Below are positions 1 to 7,657 of a stretch of 20,000 nt of DNA, one piece after another. The translations under genes were made by a program, and so were the position numbers. The stretch is from IMG/VR virus record IMGVR_UViG_3300017978_000189; one strand, given 5' to 3'. The notes beneath the pieces were generated by a model. It was not told where the DNA came from. It worked only from the letters and a program-made list of their open reading frames with translations, and did no database searches. Source of the stretch: an uncultured virus (IMG/VR IMGVR_UViG_3300017978_000189). Lineage: Duplodnaviria > Heunggongvirae > Uroviricota > Caudoviricetes. The number at the start of each line of letters is the position of its first letter. Positions within the stretch are counted from its first letter, which is position 1.

Positions 1-2
1 GC

Positions 3-788
3 GCAGCAGATAAAGCGACTGAAGCATTAGCAAAACTTGGAGATAAAGTCGGGGTAACTAATAACTGGAAGCCTAACCAAACTTCAGGTGGTAAAACACA
101 AGATACTAGTAGCAATAGAAGCCCTTCAGCCGCTGCAAGTGGGCAAAATGCCCCAGTAGCTTCACTTGAAGGCATACCGATGAAGTCTGGTGCACACACT
201 AGAGAACAATTGGATGCAAGATTAGCCGAAGTCATGCAAAAAGTCTCGAAAGAAATTCCTGGATTTAATCGTGTCACCGCAGTAAACGATAGAACTGATC
301 CTAGTTCAATGCATAGCAAAGGTAAGGCATTTGATTTTACTATTAATAATCCTACACCTGAGAACTTAGATGCAGCTATCAAGGTCTTGAGAAGTCATGG
401 TCTGAAAGTTGCAGATGAATACAGATATCCCATCCCTGGAAAAACAACTGGACCTCATTTACATGCTGCATTGCAAGGTAGAACTGGTGGTATTTTCTCT
501 GGACCTAATACTGGATATCAAGTTGAGTTGCATGGTAAAGAAGCAGTTATCCCAATGAGTAATCTTAAATCGATGTTAGGTGATAAATCTAAAGGGGATG
601 ATTCTGTTACTAAGCACATGTTGTCTAATCCAGGTGCTGCATCATCCTCACCGATGACCCATTCTGATTCAGGTATGCTACGTCAACTAATGAACTTGTT
701 AGTCGGTCGATTAGATGATATGATTTATGAATTGCAAGCAGCAAATGGAGCTTCTGCTAAGATTGCAAAGAACACAAAGAAGAAGTAA
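3..788 (+). CDS. C-terminal part (5'-truncated) of a putative tape-measure/baseplate-hub-like virion protein with an M15/Hedgehog-DD-peptidase-like Zn domain
   Basis: Frame 3 is open from nt 3 through the tracked ATG at 180 to TAA at 788, so the true start lies upstream of the window. It contains SMHSKGKAFD (H-x6-D, nt 312-335) and PHLH (HxH, nt 456-464). These are followed by GGIFSGPNTGYQVELHGKEAVIP, a motif type common near tape-measure C-termini. Confidence 0.6.
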   Translation, partial: AADKATEALAKLGDKVGVTNNWKPNQTSGGKTQDTSSNRSPSAAASGQNAPVASLEGIPMKSGAHTREQLDARLAEVMQKVSKEIPGFNRVTAVNDRTDPSSMHSKGKAFDFTINNPTPENLDAAIKVLRSHGLKVADEYRYPIPGKTTGPHLHAALQGRTGGIFSGPNTGYQVELHGKEAVIPMSNLKSMLGDKSKGDDSVTKHMLSNPGAASSSPMTHSDSGMLRQLMNLLVGRLDDMIYELQAANGASAKIAKNTKKK

Positions 789-806
789 TTCGATTGCGGG
801 ATAACA

Positions 807-814
807 GATAAATA
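807..814 (+). promoter_or_regulatory. T4-late-type promoter box GATAAATA
   Basis: 7/8 match to the T4 late consensus TATAAATA; intergenic; 5 nt before the portal ATG at 820. The TAAATA core recurs upstream of five other genes. Confidence 0.7.
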
Positions 815-819
815 TCATT

Positions 820-2592
820 ATGTCATATAAGAAGCGTTTTTCCAACACAACAGGGCAGTCTAGCCCAATCTCAGGTGCTAACAGTAACCACGGTGCGTGG
901 AACTTCGGCAATAATTCTGACCCTTCTTTGGGTACTCAGCAGTTTGGCTATCGTAACTATCAAAGTCGCTTGCCAGAAGTCTATACAGGTCATCCAAACC
1001 GTATCGAAAGATACAATCAGTATGAAATGATGGACGTTGATGCAGAAGTTAACGCATGTTTAGACATTATTTCTGAGTTCAGTACACAGAAAAACGACCA
1101 AAACAACACACCGTTCGAAGTTTTATTCCATGAAGAACCAACTCCCCATGAAGTTGAATTGATTAAGAAGCAACTACAACAGTGGTGTAAACTAAACGAG
1201 TTTGAAACTCGTATGTTTAAGATTTTCCGTAATACTATCAAGTACGGAGACCAGATTTTTATTCGTGACCCAGAAAACTTCAAGTTATACTGGGTTGACA
1301 TGGTCAAAGTTAGTAAAGTTATCGTTAATGAAAGTGAAGGCAAGAAGCCTGAGCAATACGTTGTTAAAGATATCAATCCTAACTTAGAAAACTTATCAGT
1401 TGCACAGAAAGTATCCAATGACTTTGCAGCGAACCCTGCTACTGGCTTCGGCGGCACAGGTGGCGGTGGTGGCTCACAGGGTTATACTGTTCCAAGTATG
1501 CCAGCAGGTACTACTGGTTCACGTTTTGCAATGGCAATGAACGAATCAGCGATTGATTCAAAGCACGTGATGCATTTATCACTAACTGAAGGTCTTGACC
1601 GCTTCTGGCCGTTTGGTCAGTCAGTGCTTGAAAACATTTTCAAAGTCTACAAACAAAAAGAATTGCTCGAAGATGCGATTCTAATCTATCGTATATCTCG
1701 TGCTCCAGAGCGCAGAGTGTTTAAGATTGACGTGGGTAACATGCCATCACATATGGCTATGGCTTTCGTTGATAGAGTAAAGAATGAGATTCACCAGCGT
1801 AGAATTCCATCTACTCAAGGTGGTGCTTCGATGATGGATGCTACATACAATCCATTATCAATGAACGAAGATTATTTCTTCCCAGTTACTGCTGATGGTC
1901 GTGGTTCTGATGTAACTACACTAGCAGGTGGTGCTAATTTGGGTGAGATTGATGACTTGCGTTACTTCAATAATAGATTGGCACGTGGTTTAAGAGTTCC
2001 TTCTAGCTATTTGCCGCAAGGTCCGGAAGACAATCCTACTCCATTGAGTGACGGTCGTGTTGGTACAGCGATGATTCAAGAATTTCGATTCAATGAGTAT
2101 TGCAAACGCTTACAAAACTACGTAAGTCAGAAGCTAAATGAAGAATTTAAGTTGTTTATGCGTTGGAGAGGGTTTAATATTGACAGTGCGTTGTTTGATA
2201 TTAAGTTTAACAACCCGCAAAACTTTGCTTCTTACCGTCAATCTGAACTAGATACAGCACGTGTATCAGTATTTCAAACTCTTGAGCAATTACCTTACAT
2301 TAGTAAGCGTTTCGCTATGGAACGCTTCTTGGGCTTGAGTAAAGAAGAAATCGAAGAAAACTCTAAGTTGTGGTTTGAAGAGCGTGAAGAGCCAGCATCA
2401 GATGATGCTAAAGGAAGTGATTTGCGTAGTATCGGTATTAGTGCAGGTGACCTTGATACTGATACAGAAGATGCTGAATCAGTTGAAGATATGCCAGATG
2501 ATGGCAGTATGCCACCTGAAATGGGTCCGGCAGTTGGTGGAGCTGAAGCAATGCCAGCAGGCGGCGGTGTACCTCCCCCTCCTCCAGTCTAA
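820..2592 (+). CDS. gp20: Portal vertex protein, T4 gp20-like
   Basis: 590 aa with gp20-type motifs LLEDAILIYRISRAPERRVFKIDVGNMP, EDYFFP..GRGSDVTTLAGG.NLGEIDDLRYF..L.RGLRVPSS and EFRF..Y.KRLQ; acidic tail; lies upstream of protease, scaffold and MCP. Confidence 0.95.
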   Translation: MSYKKRFSNTTGQSSPISGANSNHGAWNFGNNSDPSLGTQQFGYRNYQSRLPEVYTGHPNRIERYNQYEMMDVDAEVNACLDIISEFSTQKNDQNNTPFEVLFHEEPTPHEVELIKKQLQQWCKLNEFETRMFKIFRNTIKYGDQIFIRDPENFKLYWVDMVKVSKVIVNESEGKKPEQYVVKDINPNLENLSVAQKVSNDFAANPATGFGGTGGGGGSQGYTVPSMPAGTTGSRFAMAMNESAIDSKHVMHLSLTEGLDRFWPFGQSVLENIFKVYKQKELLEDAILIYRISRAPERRVFKIDVGNMPSHMAMAFVDRVKNEIHQRRIPSTQGGASMMDATYNPLSMNEDYFFPVTADGRGSDVTTLAGGANLGEIDDLRYFNNRLARGLRVPSSYLPQGPEDNPTPLSDGRVGTAMIQEFRFNEYCKRLQNYVSQKLNEEFKLFMRWRGFNIDSALFDIKFNNPQNFASYRQSELDTARVSVFQTLEQLPYISKRFAMERFLGLSKEEIEENSKLWFEEREEPASDDAKGSDLRSIGISAGDLDTDTEDAESVEDMPDDGSMPPEMGPAVGGAEAMPAGGGVPPPPPV

Positions 2593-2594
2593 GA

Positions 2595-2602
2595 GATAAA
2601 TA
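2595..2602 (+). promoter_or_regulatory. T4-late-type promoter box GATAAATA
   Basis: Fills the 15-nt gap between the portal stop and ATG 2608; the spacing to the ATG is again 5 nt. Confidence 0.7.
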
Positions 2603-2607
2603 ATACT

Positions 2608-2832
2608 ATGAAATTATTTGAAATGTACGCTCCAGCCGTTGAAGGTTATCAAGACACCAGTCAAGATAACAGTAAAATCAAATGGAAAGAGACAAGAAAA
2701 TCTAAGCTAACTTTACGTCAAATACGTAAGTTGCGTAAGATGATGGACGTTCGTAACTACGAAAAAGTATCCAACCTCAAGAAAGTTCGTACACAATATA
2801 AGCCGGTAAATCCCGAACAACCAGCACTATAA
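2608..2832 (+). CDS. Small basic protein, putative prohead core/internal protein (positional analogue of T4 gp67/gp68)
   Basis: 74 aa, K/R-rich (RKSKLTLRQIRKLRKM); own promoter box and downstream terminator; N-terminus MKLFE contains an L-x-E site. Function is inferred from position only. Confidence 0.65.
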   Translation: MKLFEMYAPAVEGYQDTSQDNSKIKWKETRKSKLTLRQIRKLRKMMDVRNYEKVSNLKKVRTQYKPVNPEQPAL

Positions 2833-2855
2833 TCGCATATTCTAAGTGAAAATGC

Positions 2856-2886
2856 AAAAAACTAGCACTTAATGTGCTATTTTTTT
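2856..2886 (+). terminator. Rho-independent terminator
   Basis: TAGCAC-TTAAT-GTGCTA hairpin (2863-2879) followed by T7 and preceded by an A-tract. Confidence 0.75.
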
Positions 2887-2894
2887 GTATACTC

Positions 2895-2902
2895 ACTAAA
2901 TA
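2895..2902 (+). promoter_or_regulatory. Late promoter box ACTAAATA for the core-protease-scaffold-MCP transcript
   Basis: Immediately follows the terminator; SD AGGAG at 2927-2931 precedes ATG 2940. Confidence 0.65.
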
Positions 2903-2939
2903 TTTTTACAAAAGCCATTTCTAATCAGGAGACAAAACA

Positions 2940-3770
2940 ATGGATAACAAAAAATTTGAACAACTTATTGATTTAATCATCAATGAGAATGAAGAACAAG
3001 CCCGTGCTTTATTCCACGATATCGTGGTAGAGAAGTCACGTGAAATTTATGAATCAATCATGGACGAAGAATTCGGTCAAGACCAAGTCGGCGGTTTAGT
3101 TGACGAAATCTCTGCCGAAGAAGAAGGCATGACTGAAGAAGAAGACGAATTTGCTGATATCGGTGCAGACGAAGGTGACGAAGAAGTTGCTTTAGATGCT
3201 GACGATATCGGTGGCGAAGAAACAGGTGAAGAAGACCTTGAAGACCGCGTTGTTGACTTGGAAGACAAGTTAGACGAATTGATGGCTGAATTTGAATCCA
3301 TCATGTCAGGTGACGAAGGCGGTAGCGACATGGGCGGCGAAGAAGACTTCGGCGGCGACATGGGCGGTGACGAAATGATGGAAGGTGAAGACGAAGATTT
3401 GGAAGAGTCAGAAGATGACGAAGAAGAAACTTTGGAAGAAGCCGTTCAATTACAAAAAGTTTCCGTAACACACGGTGACAACGGTGTAAACACAAAATCA
3501 ATCGTTTCAGGCGGACCAAAAGTCGGTGGTAACGGCGCATCAGCAGCTAACATTGCTAAAGGCGGCGAATCTACTAAAGGTGGCACACAAGGTGGTTTGT
3601 TAAACCCAGCTACTAAAGACTTGAAGGGCGCAGGCACATTCAAGAATGCTCCAGGCAATAAGAACGTTGATCCAACAGCAGCTCCAAAAGCAAAGTTTGG
3701 TGATGACGGTGTAAACACAAAATCAATCGTTGGCGAGTCACGCAAGACTGTCAAGAAGATTGTTAAGTAA
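2940..3770 (+). CDS. Putative prohead core protein with an acidic N-terminal two-thirds and a basic G/K-rich C-terminus
   Basis: 276 aa; strong SD; located between portal and protease; D/E-rich to residue 167, then basic and low-complexity. Confidence 0.75.
   Translation: MDNKKFEQLIDLIINENEEQARALFHDIVVEKSREIYESIMDEEFGQDQVGGLVDEISAEEEGMTEEEDEFADIGADEGDEEVALDADDIGGEETGEEDLEDRVVDLEDKLDELMAEFESIMSGDEGGSDMGGEEDFGGDMGGDEMMEGEDEDLEESEDDEEETLEEAVQLQKVSVTHGDNGVNTKSIVSGGPKVGGNGASAANIAKGGESTKGGTQGGLLNPATKDLKGAGTFKNAPGNKNVDPTAAPKAKFGDDGVNTKSIVGESRKTVKKIVK
3481..3731 (+). repeat. Perfect 26-nt direct repeat ACGGTGTAAACACAAAATCAATCGTT (3481-3506 and 3706-3731)
   Basis: Read directly; encodes GD(N/D)GVNTKSIV twice in the core protein. 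Confidence 0.9.
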
Positions 3771-3783
3771 GGATACCTGAGAA

Positions 3784-4419
3784 ATGGCTTTGTATCTCAG
3801 AGAAAACCTAACATTCGACAATGCTAATATCATTGTTGAAAGTGAAGGTGACGGTAGTAAGAAGTCCCTTTATATGAAGGGCATCTTCATCCAGGGCGGG
3901 GTAAAAAACGCAAATGAGCGTGTTTACCCTGTTTCCGAAATTGATAACGCCGTCAATACTCTCAACGAACAAATCAAAACAGGCTATTCAGTACTAGGCG
4001 AAGTTGACCATCCGGATGATTTAAAAATCAATTTGGATCGTGTATCTCATATGATTACTCAAATGTGGATGGACGGACCAAACGGATTCGGCAAGCTAAA
4101 GATTTTACCAACTCCAATGGGACAGTTAGTGTCTACTATGTTGGAGAGTGGTGTTAAGTTAGGCGTTTCAAGTCGTGGTAGCGGTAACGTGAATGACTTA
4201 GACGGCAGAGTTAGTGACTTTGAAATAGTCACGGTTGATATTGTCGCTCAACCTAGCGCTCCTAATGCGTATCCAAAAGCAATTTATGAAGGCATGATGA
4301 ATATGCGTCATGGTCATAAGATGCTTGATATTGCAAAAGAAGCACAATCAGACAGAAAAGTACAGAGATACCTACAAGAGGAAGTAACTCGCCTCATCAA
4401 GGATCTCAAAATTAAATAA
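3784..4419 (+). CDS. gp21: Prohead core protease, T4 gp21-like
   Basis: 211 aa with motifs GIFIQGGVKNANERVYP, LGEVDHP (catalytic His), LGVSSRGSG (catalytic Ser) and VDIVAQPSAPNAY. Confidence 0.95.
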   Translation: MALYLRENLTFDNANIIVESEGDGSKKSLYMKGIFIQGGVKNANERVYPVSEIDNAVNTLNEQIKTGYSVLGEVDHPDDLKINLDRVSHMITQMWMDGPNGFGKLKILPTPMGQLVSTMLESGVKLGVSSRGSGNVNDLDGRVSDFEIVTVDIVAQPSAPNAYPKAIYEGMMNMRHGHKMLDIAKEAQSDRKVQRYLQEEVTRLIKDLKIK

Positions 4420-4431
4420 AGGGGATTAAGC

Positions 4432-5529
4432 ATGTTAGATGCTATCAAACCATTACTTGAATCTGGACTTATCAACGAAGAAACTTCTTCTGCTTTGAAT
4501 GAAGCATGGGAATCTAAGTTGAATGAAGCTAGAGAACAAGTTCGTGCTGAACTACGTGATGAATTTGCACAACGTTACGAGCATGATAAATCAGTTATGG
4601 TCGACGCCCTAGATAAAATGGTATCAGAAGGTCTATCAGTTGAAATTCAAGAATTCAACTCTGAAAGACAAGCAATGAATGAAGACCGTGTTAAAGCGCA
4701 AGTAAAATTGCGTGAAAACGTAAGCAAGTTCAATGATTTCATGGTAAAGCACTTATCAGAAGAAATCAAAGAATTGCGCTCAGAGCGCAAGCTACAGTTA
4801 GAAAGTCAGCAAAAGTTGGAACAATTCGTTGTTTCTGCTCTAGCACGTGAAATCAAAGAATTCTCACAAGACAAACAAGCTGTTGTTGAAGCTAAGGTCA
4901 AGTTAGTTGCGGAAGGTCGCTCACAACTAGAAGCATTGAAGGCAAAATTTGTTGCTGAATCTGCTAAACGTGTGAACGAAGCTGTTACATCACATCTAAA
5001 GGGTGAATTGACTCAATTGAAAGAAGATATCCAGACTGCCCGTGCAAACGATTTTGGTCGCCGTATTTTCGAATCATTCGCAACCGAATTCTCTGCTACT
5101 CACTTGAATGAGAAAGCCGAGACTAGAAAGCTAATGTCTGCATTAGCTCAAAAAGAACAGCAATTAGCTGAGTCTTCAAAACAAATCGCTCAAGCTAAGA
5201 AATTAGTCGAAAGCAAAGAACGTGAAGTTCGTATTATCAAAGAATCTAATAGCCGTACAAAAGCTATGGATGAGTTGCTAGGTACTCTAAATGAGGAAAA
5301 AGCAACTGTAATGCGTAACTTACTAGAAAGCGTACAAACTGCAAAATTGCAGTCCGCTTTCGATAAGTATCTACCAGCAGTGCTCAACACTAGCTCAGAA
5401 AAGAAGGCTGGAAAGTCTATGATTTCTGAATCAGTTAAAGAAGTAACTGGGGATAAAACTGCCATCAAACAAGTTGAAGCCGAAGGACGTGATAACGTTA
5501 TCGACATTAGACGTTTGGCAGGGCTATAA
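4432..5529 (+). CDS. gp22: Prohead core scaffolding protein, T4 gp22-like
   Basis: 365 aa, E/K/A/L-rich coiled-coil character, motif GRRIFESFATEF, located between protease and MCP; SD AAGGGG. Confidence 0.8.
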   Translation: MLDAIKPLLESGLINEETSSALNEAWESKLNEAREQVRAELRDEFAQRYEHDKSVMVDALDKMVSEGLSVEIQEFNSERQAMNEDRVKAQVKLRENVSKFNDFMVKHLSEEIKELRSERKLQLESQQKLEQFVVSALAREIKEFSQDKQAVVEAKVKLVAEGRSQLEALKAKFVAESAKRVNEAVTSHLKGELTQLKEDIQTARANDFGRRIFESFATEFSATHLNEKAETRKLMSALAQKEQQLAESSKQIAQAKKLVESKEREVRIIKESNSRTKAMDELLGTLNEEKATVMRNLLESVQTAKLQSAFDKYLPAVLNTSSEKKAGKSMISESVKEVTGDKTAIKQVEAEGRDNVIDIRRLAGL

Positions 5530-5558
5530 AAAGACATAAAAATTAGGAGATTATTAAA

Positions 5559-6761
5559 ATGTCACAAGTTCTATTAGAAAGCCGTTGGGACGAGACCAAA
5601 GATACCCTGCTCGAAGGTTTAAAAGGTACTCGCCGCTCAACTATGGGTGTCATCTTGGAAAACACCAAGAAAGCATTGTTGTCAGAATCGGCAGCAGGCA
5701 CAACTACAGCTGGTAATGTAGCAACACTTAACCGTGTTATTCTTCCAGTTATCCGTCGTGTAATGCCAACAGTTATCGCTAACGAGTTGGTAGGCGTTCA
5801 GCCAATGACAGGTCCAGTTGGTCAAATCCACACATTGCGTGTTCGTTATGCTCAAGGTCTTGACGACCAATCATCAGCTCAAACTTCTGTTACAGCTGGC
5901 GAAGAAGCATTGTCACCATTCAAAATCGCTCAAGCATATTCTACAGTTAAGAATGACGCATCGGTTGCTAACAGCTACCGTGGTGCTTCTACTTCTACTC
6001 TAGAAGGTAACGGCGGTAAGCAAATCAGCGTACAAATCTTGCGTCAAGCTGTTGAAGCTAAGTCACGTAAGTTGCAAGCACGTTGGACATTTGAAGCTGC
6101 TCAAGACGCTCAATCACAACACGGTATTGACGTTGAAGCAGAAATCATGGCTGCTCTAGCACAAGAAATCACTGCTGAAATCGACCAAGAGATTCTATTG
6201 TCTCTAGGTTCATTGGCAACTGTTGAAGATACATACAACCAAGCTAACGTTTCTGGTACAGCAACTTTCGTTGGTGACGAACACGCTGCTTTGGCTGTTC
6301 TTATCAACCGCGCTGCTAACCGTATCGCTCAACGCACTCGTCGTGGTGCTGGTAACTGGGCTGTTGTTTCTCCAGCTGCATTGACAGTATTGCAATCTGC
6401 AACTACTTCAGCGTTTGCTCGTACAACAGAAGGTACTTTCGAAGCTCCAACAAACACTAAGTTAGTTGGTACATTGAACGGTGCTATGAAAGTTTATGTA
6501 AACTCATACGCTACTGATGACGCTGACGTTCTAGTTGGTTACAAAGGTTCAAGCGAAACTGACGCTGCTGCGTTCTACTGCCCATACATCCCATTGATGT
6601 CATCTGGTGTTGTTCTAGATCCAGCAACATTCGAACCAGTCGTATCATTTATGACTCGTTACGGATATGTTGAGTTGACAAACACAGCATCATCATTCGG
6701 TAATGCTGCTGACTACTTGGCTGCTATCGGTATCAACTCCGACAACCTATCATTCTATTAA
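5559..6761 (+). CDS. gp23: Major capsid protein, T4 gp23-like
   Basis: 400 aa with motifs LPVIRRVMP..IANELVGVQPMTGPVGQI, VEAKSRKLQARWTFEAAQD..QHGIDVEAE, VGYKGSSETDAAAFYCPYIPL and DPATFEPVVSFMTRYG; SD AGGAG; strong codon bias. Confidence 0.97.
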   Translation: MSQVLLESRWDETKDTLLEGLKGTRRSTMGVILENTKKALLSESAAGTTTAGNVATLNRVILPVIRRVMPTVIANELVGVQPMTGPVGQIHTLRVRYAQGLDDQSSAQTSVTAGEEALSPFKIAQAYSTVKNDASVANSYRGASTSTLEGNGGKQISVQILRQAVEAKSRKLQARWTFEAAQDAQSQHGIDVEAEIMAALAQEITAEIDQEILLSLGSLATVEDTYNQANVSGTATFVGDEHAALAVLINRAANRIAQRTRRGAGNWAVVSPAALTVLQSATTSAFARTTEGTFEAPTNTKLVGTLNGAMKVYVNSYATDDADVLVGYKGSSETDAAAFYCPYIPLMSSGVVLDPATFEPVVSFMTRYGYVELTNTASSFGNAADYLAAIGINSDNLSFY

Positions 6762-6804
6762 TCATAGAATAAACTTTTTACCCTCGGGATGGGAAGTTAC
6801 AATT

Positions 6805-6828
6805 AAGCACTCTTCGGAGTGCTTTTTT
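6805..6828 (+). terminator. Rho-independent terminator with C(UUCG)G tetraloop
   Basis: AAGCACTC-TTCG-GAGTGCTT followed by TTTT, downstream of the MCP. Confidence 0.92.
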
Positions 6829-6837
6829 GTTTTTGGT

Positions 6838-6845
6838 ACTAAATA
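6838..6845 (+). promoter_or_regulatory. Late promoter box ACTAAATA
   Basis: Lies between the terminator and the 6891 gene; mirrored by CATAAATA in the paralogous cassette. Confidence 0.7.
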
Positions 6846-6890
6846 ATCGTATGCACTCTATATGAATGCAAAATTTAAAGGAAACTTATC

Positions 6891-7262
6891 ATGGCACAAA
6901 ACAACGCTAAAATTCACAGTGCAACTACACCTCAATCAAACTTCGCAACACGTAAACTAGCTTTCGTGGTTGTTGATATGAACACAGACGTTGAAACAGA
7001 TTTCGACACAATCGGTTCAGTATACCAGAAGGCAGTTCAAGGTATCCAGCAAATCGCTGAAATCTACGCATTGGGTCAACCTAATGGTGAATTATTCACG
7101 GTTATCTTATCTGATGACACATTACCGTATGATGACGGTCAAGAGTTTGCTGACGGTGGCGAAAATTCTCCGTTATCAAGAGCAATCCGCGAAACTACAG
7201 GCGTACAAGGCGCATGGGCTTGGAACGCTAACTTAAACGGCGACAACTTGAGCTACGATTAA
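6891..7262 (+). CDS. Small virion protein, paralogue 1 (possible capsid decoration protein)
   Basis: 123 aa; SD AAGGA; own promoter and terminator; first 9 aa identical to 7370..7636. Function is inferred from position after the MCP. Confidence 0.75.
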   Translation: MAQNNAKIHSATTPQSNFATRKLAFVVVDMNTDVETDFDTIGSVYQKAVQGIQQIAEIYALGQPNGELFTVILSDDTLPYDDGQEFADGGENSPLSRAIRETTGVQGAWAWNANLNGDNLSYD

Positions 7263-7280
7263 TCATTCAGTGAATGAAGT

Positions 7281-7306
7281 AAAAGCACTCTTCGGAGTGC
7301 TTTTTT
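7281..7306 (+). terminator. Rho-independent terminator with C(UUCG)G tetraloop
   Basis: AAAAGCACTC-TTCG-GAGTGCTTTT followed by TT; core identical to 6805-6828. Confidence 0.92.
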
Positions 7307-7315
7307 ATTACCTGG

Positions 7316-7323
7316 CATAAATA
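7316..7323 (+). promoter_or_regulatory. Late promoter box CATAAATA
   Basis: 7/8 match to TATAAATA; same context as 6838-6845. Confidence 0.7.
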
Positions 7324-7369
7324 ATAGTATGCACTTCTATATGAAGGCAACATTTAAAGGAAAATTATC

Positions 7370-7636
7370 ATGGCACAAAACAACGCTAAAATTCACGGTT
7401 TAACAGCTCCAGCAGCATCTTTCGTAGGTAAAGACCTATTGTGGATCGCTAATGACAGCAATATGAGCAACGCTGCAACAGCAGCCGCAGCTATTCAAGC
7501 TGTTCAACAAGTAGCAACTGTAATGATTATCGGTGAAGCAACTTCAGCAGGTTTAATCTTAGCTATCGAAGGACCAACAACAGCTCCAGATGGTTGGTAC
7601 GTAGTTACTATCTCTGGCGTATCTTTCGCTGACTAA
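7370..7636 (+). CDS. Small virion protein, paralogue 2 (possible capsid decoration protein)
   Basis: 88 aa, Ala-rich; starts MAQNNAKIH; AIQAVQQVATVMIIGE aligns with AVQGIQQIAEIYALGQ of paralogue 1; SD AAGGA. Confidence 0.75.
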   Translation: MAQNNAKIHGLTAPAASFVGKDLLWIANDSNMSNAATAAAAIQAVQQVATVMIIGEATSAGLILAIEGPTTAPDGWYVVTISGVSFAD

Positions 7637-7657
7637 TCACTAGTTGATGACTGAAAT

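Noticed and set aside
4411..4418. ATTAAATA as a late promoter for the scaffold gene
   Set aside because: It is explained by the codons ATT-AAA-TAA; a start 6 nt downstream would truncate the SD. It cannot be fully excluded.
820..6761. Intron, intein or homing endonuclease in portal, protease or MCP
   Set aside because: The ORFs are continuous with normal lengths and show no intein termini or LAGLIDADG/HNH/GIY-YIG motifs.
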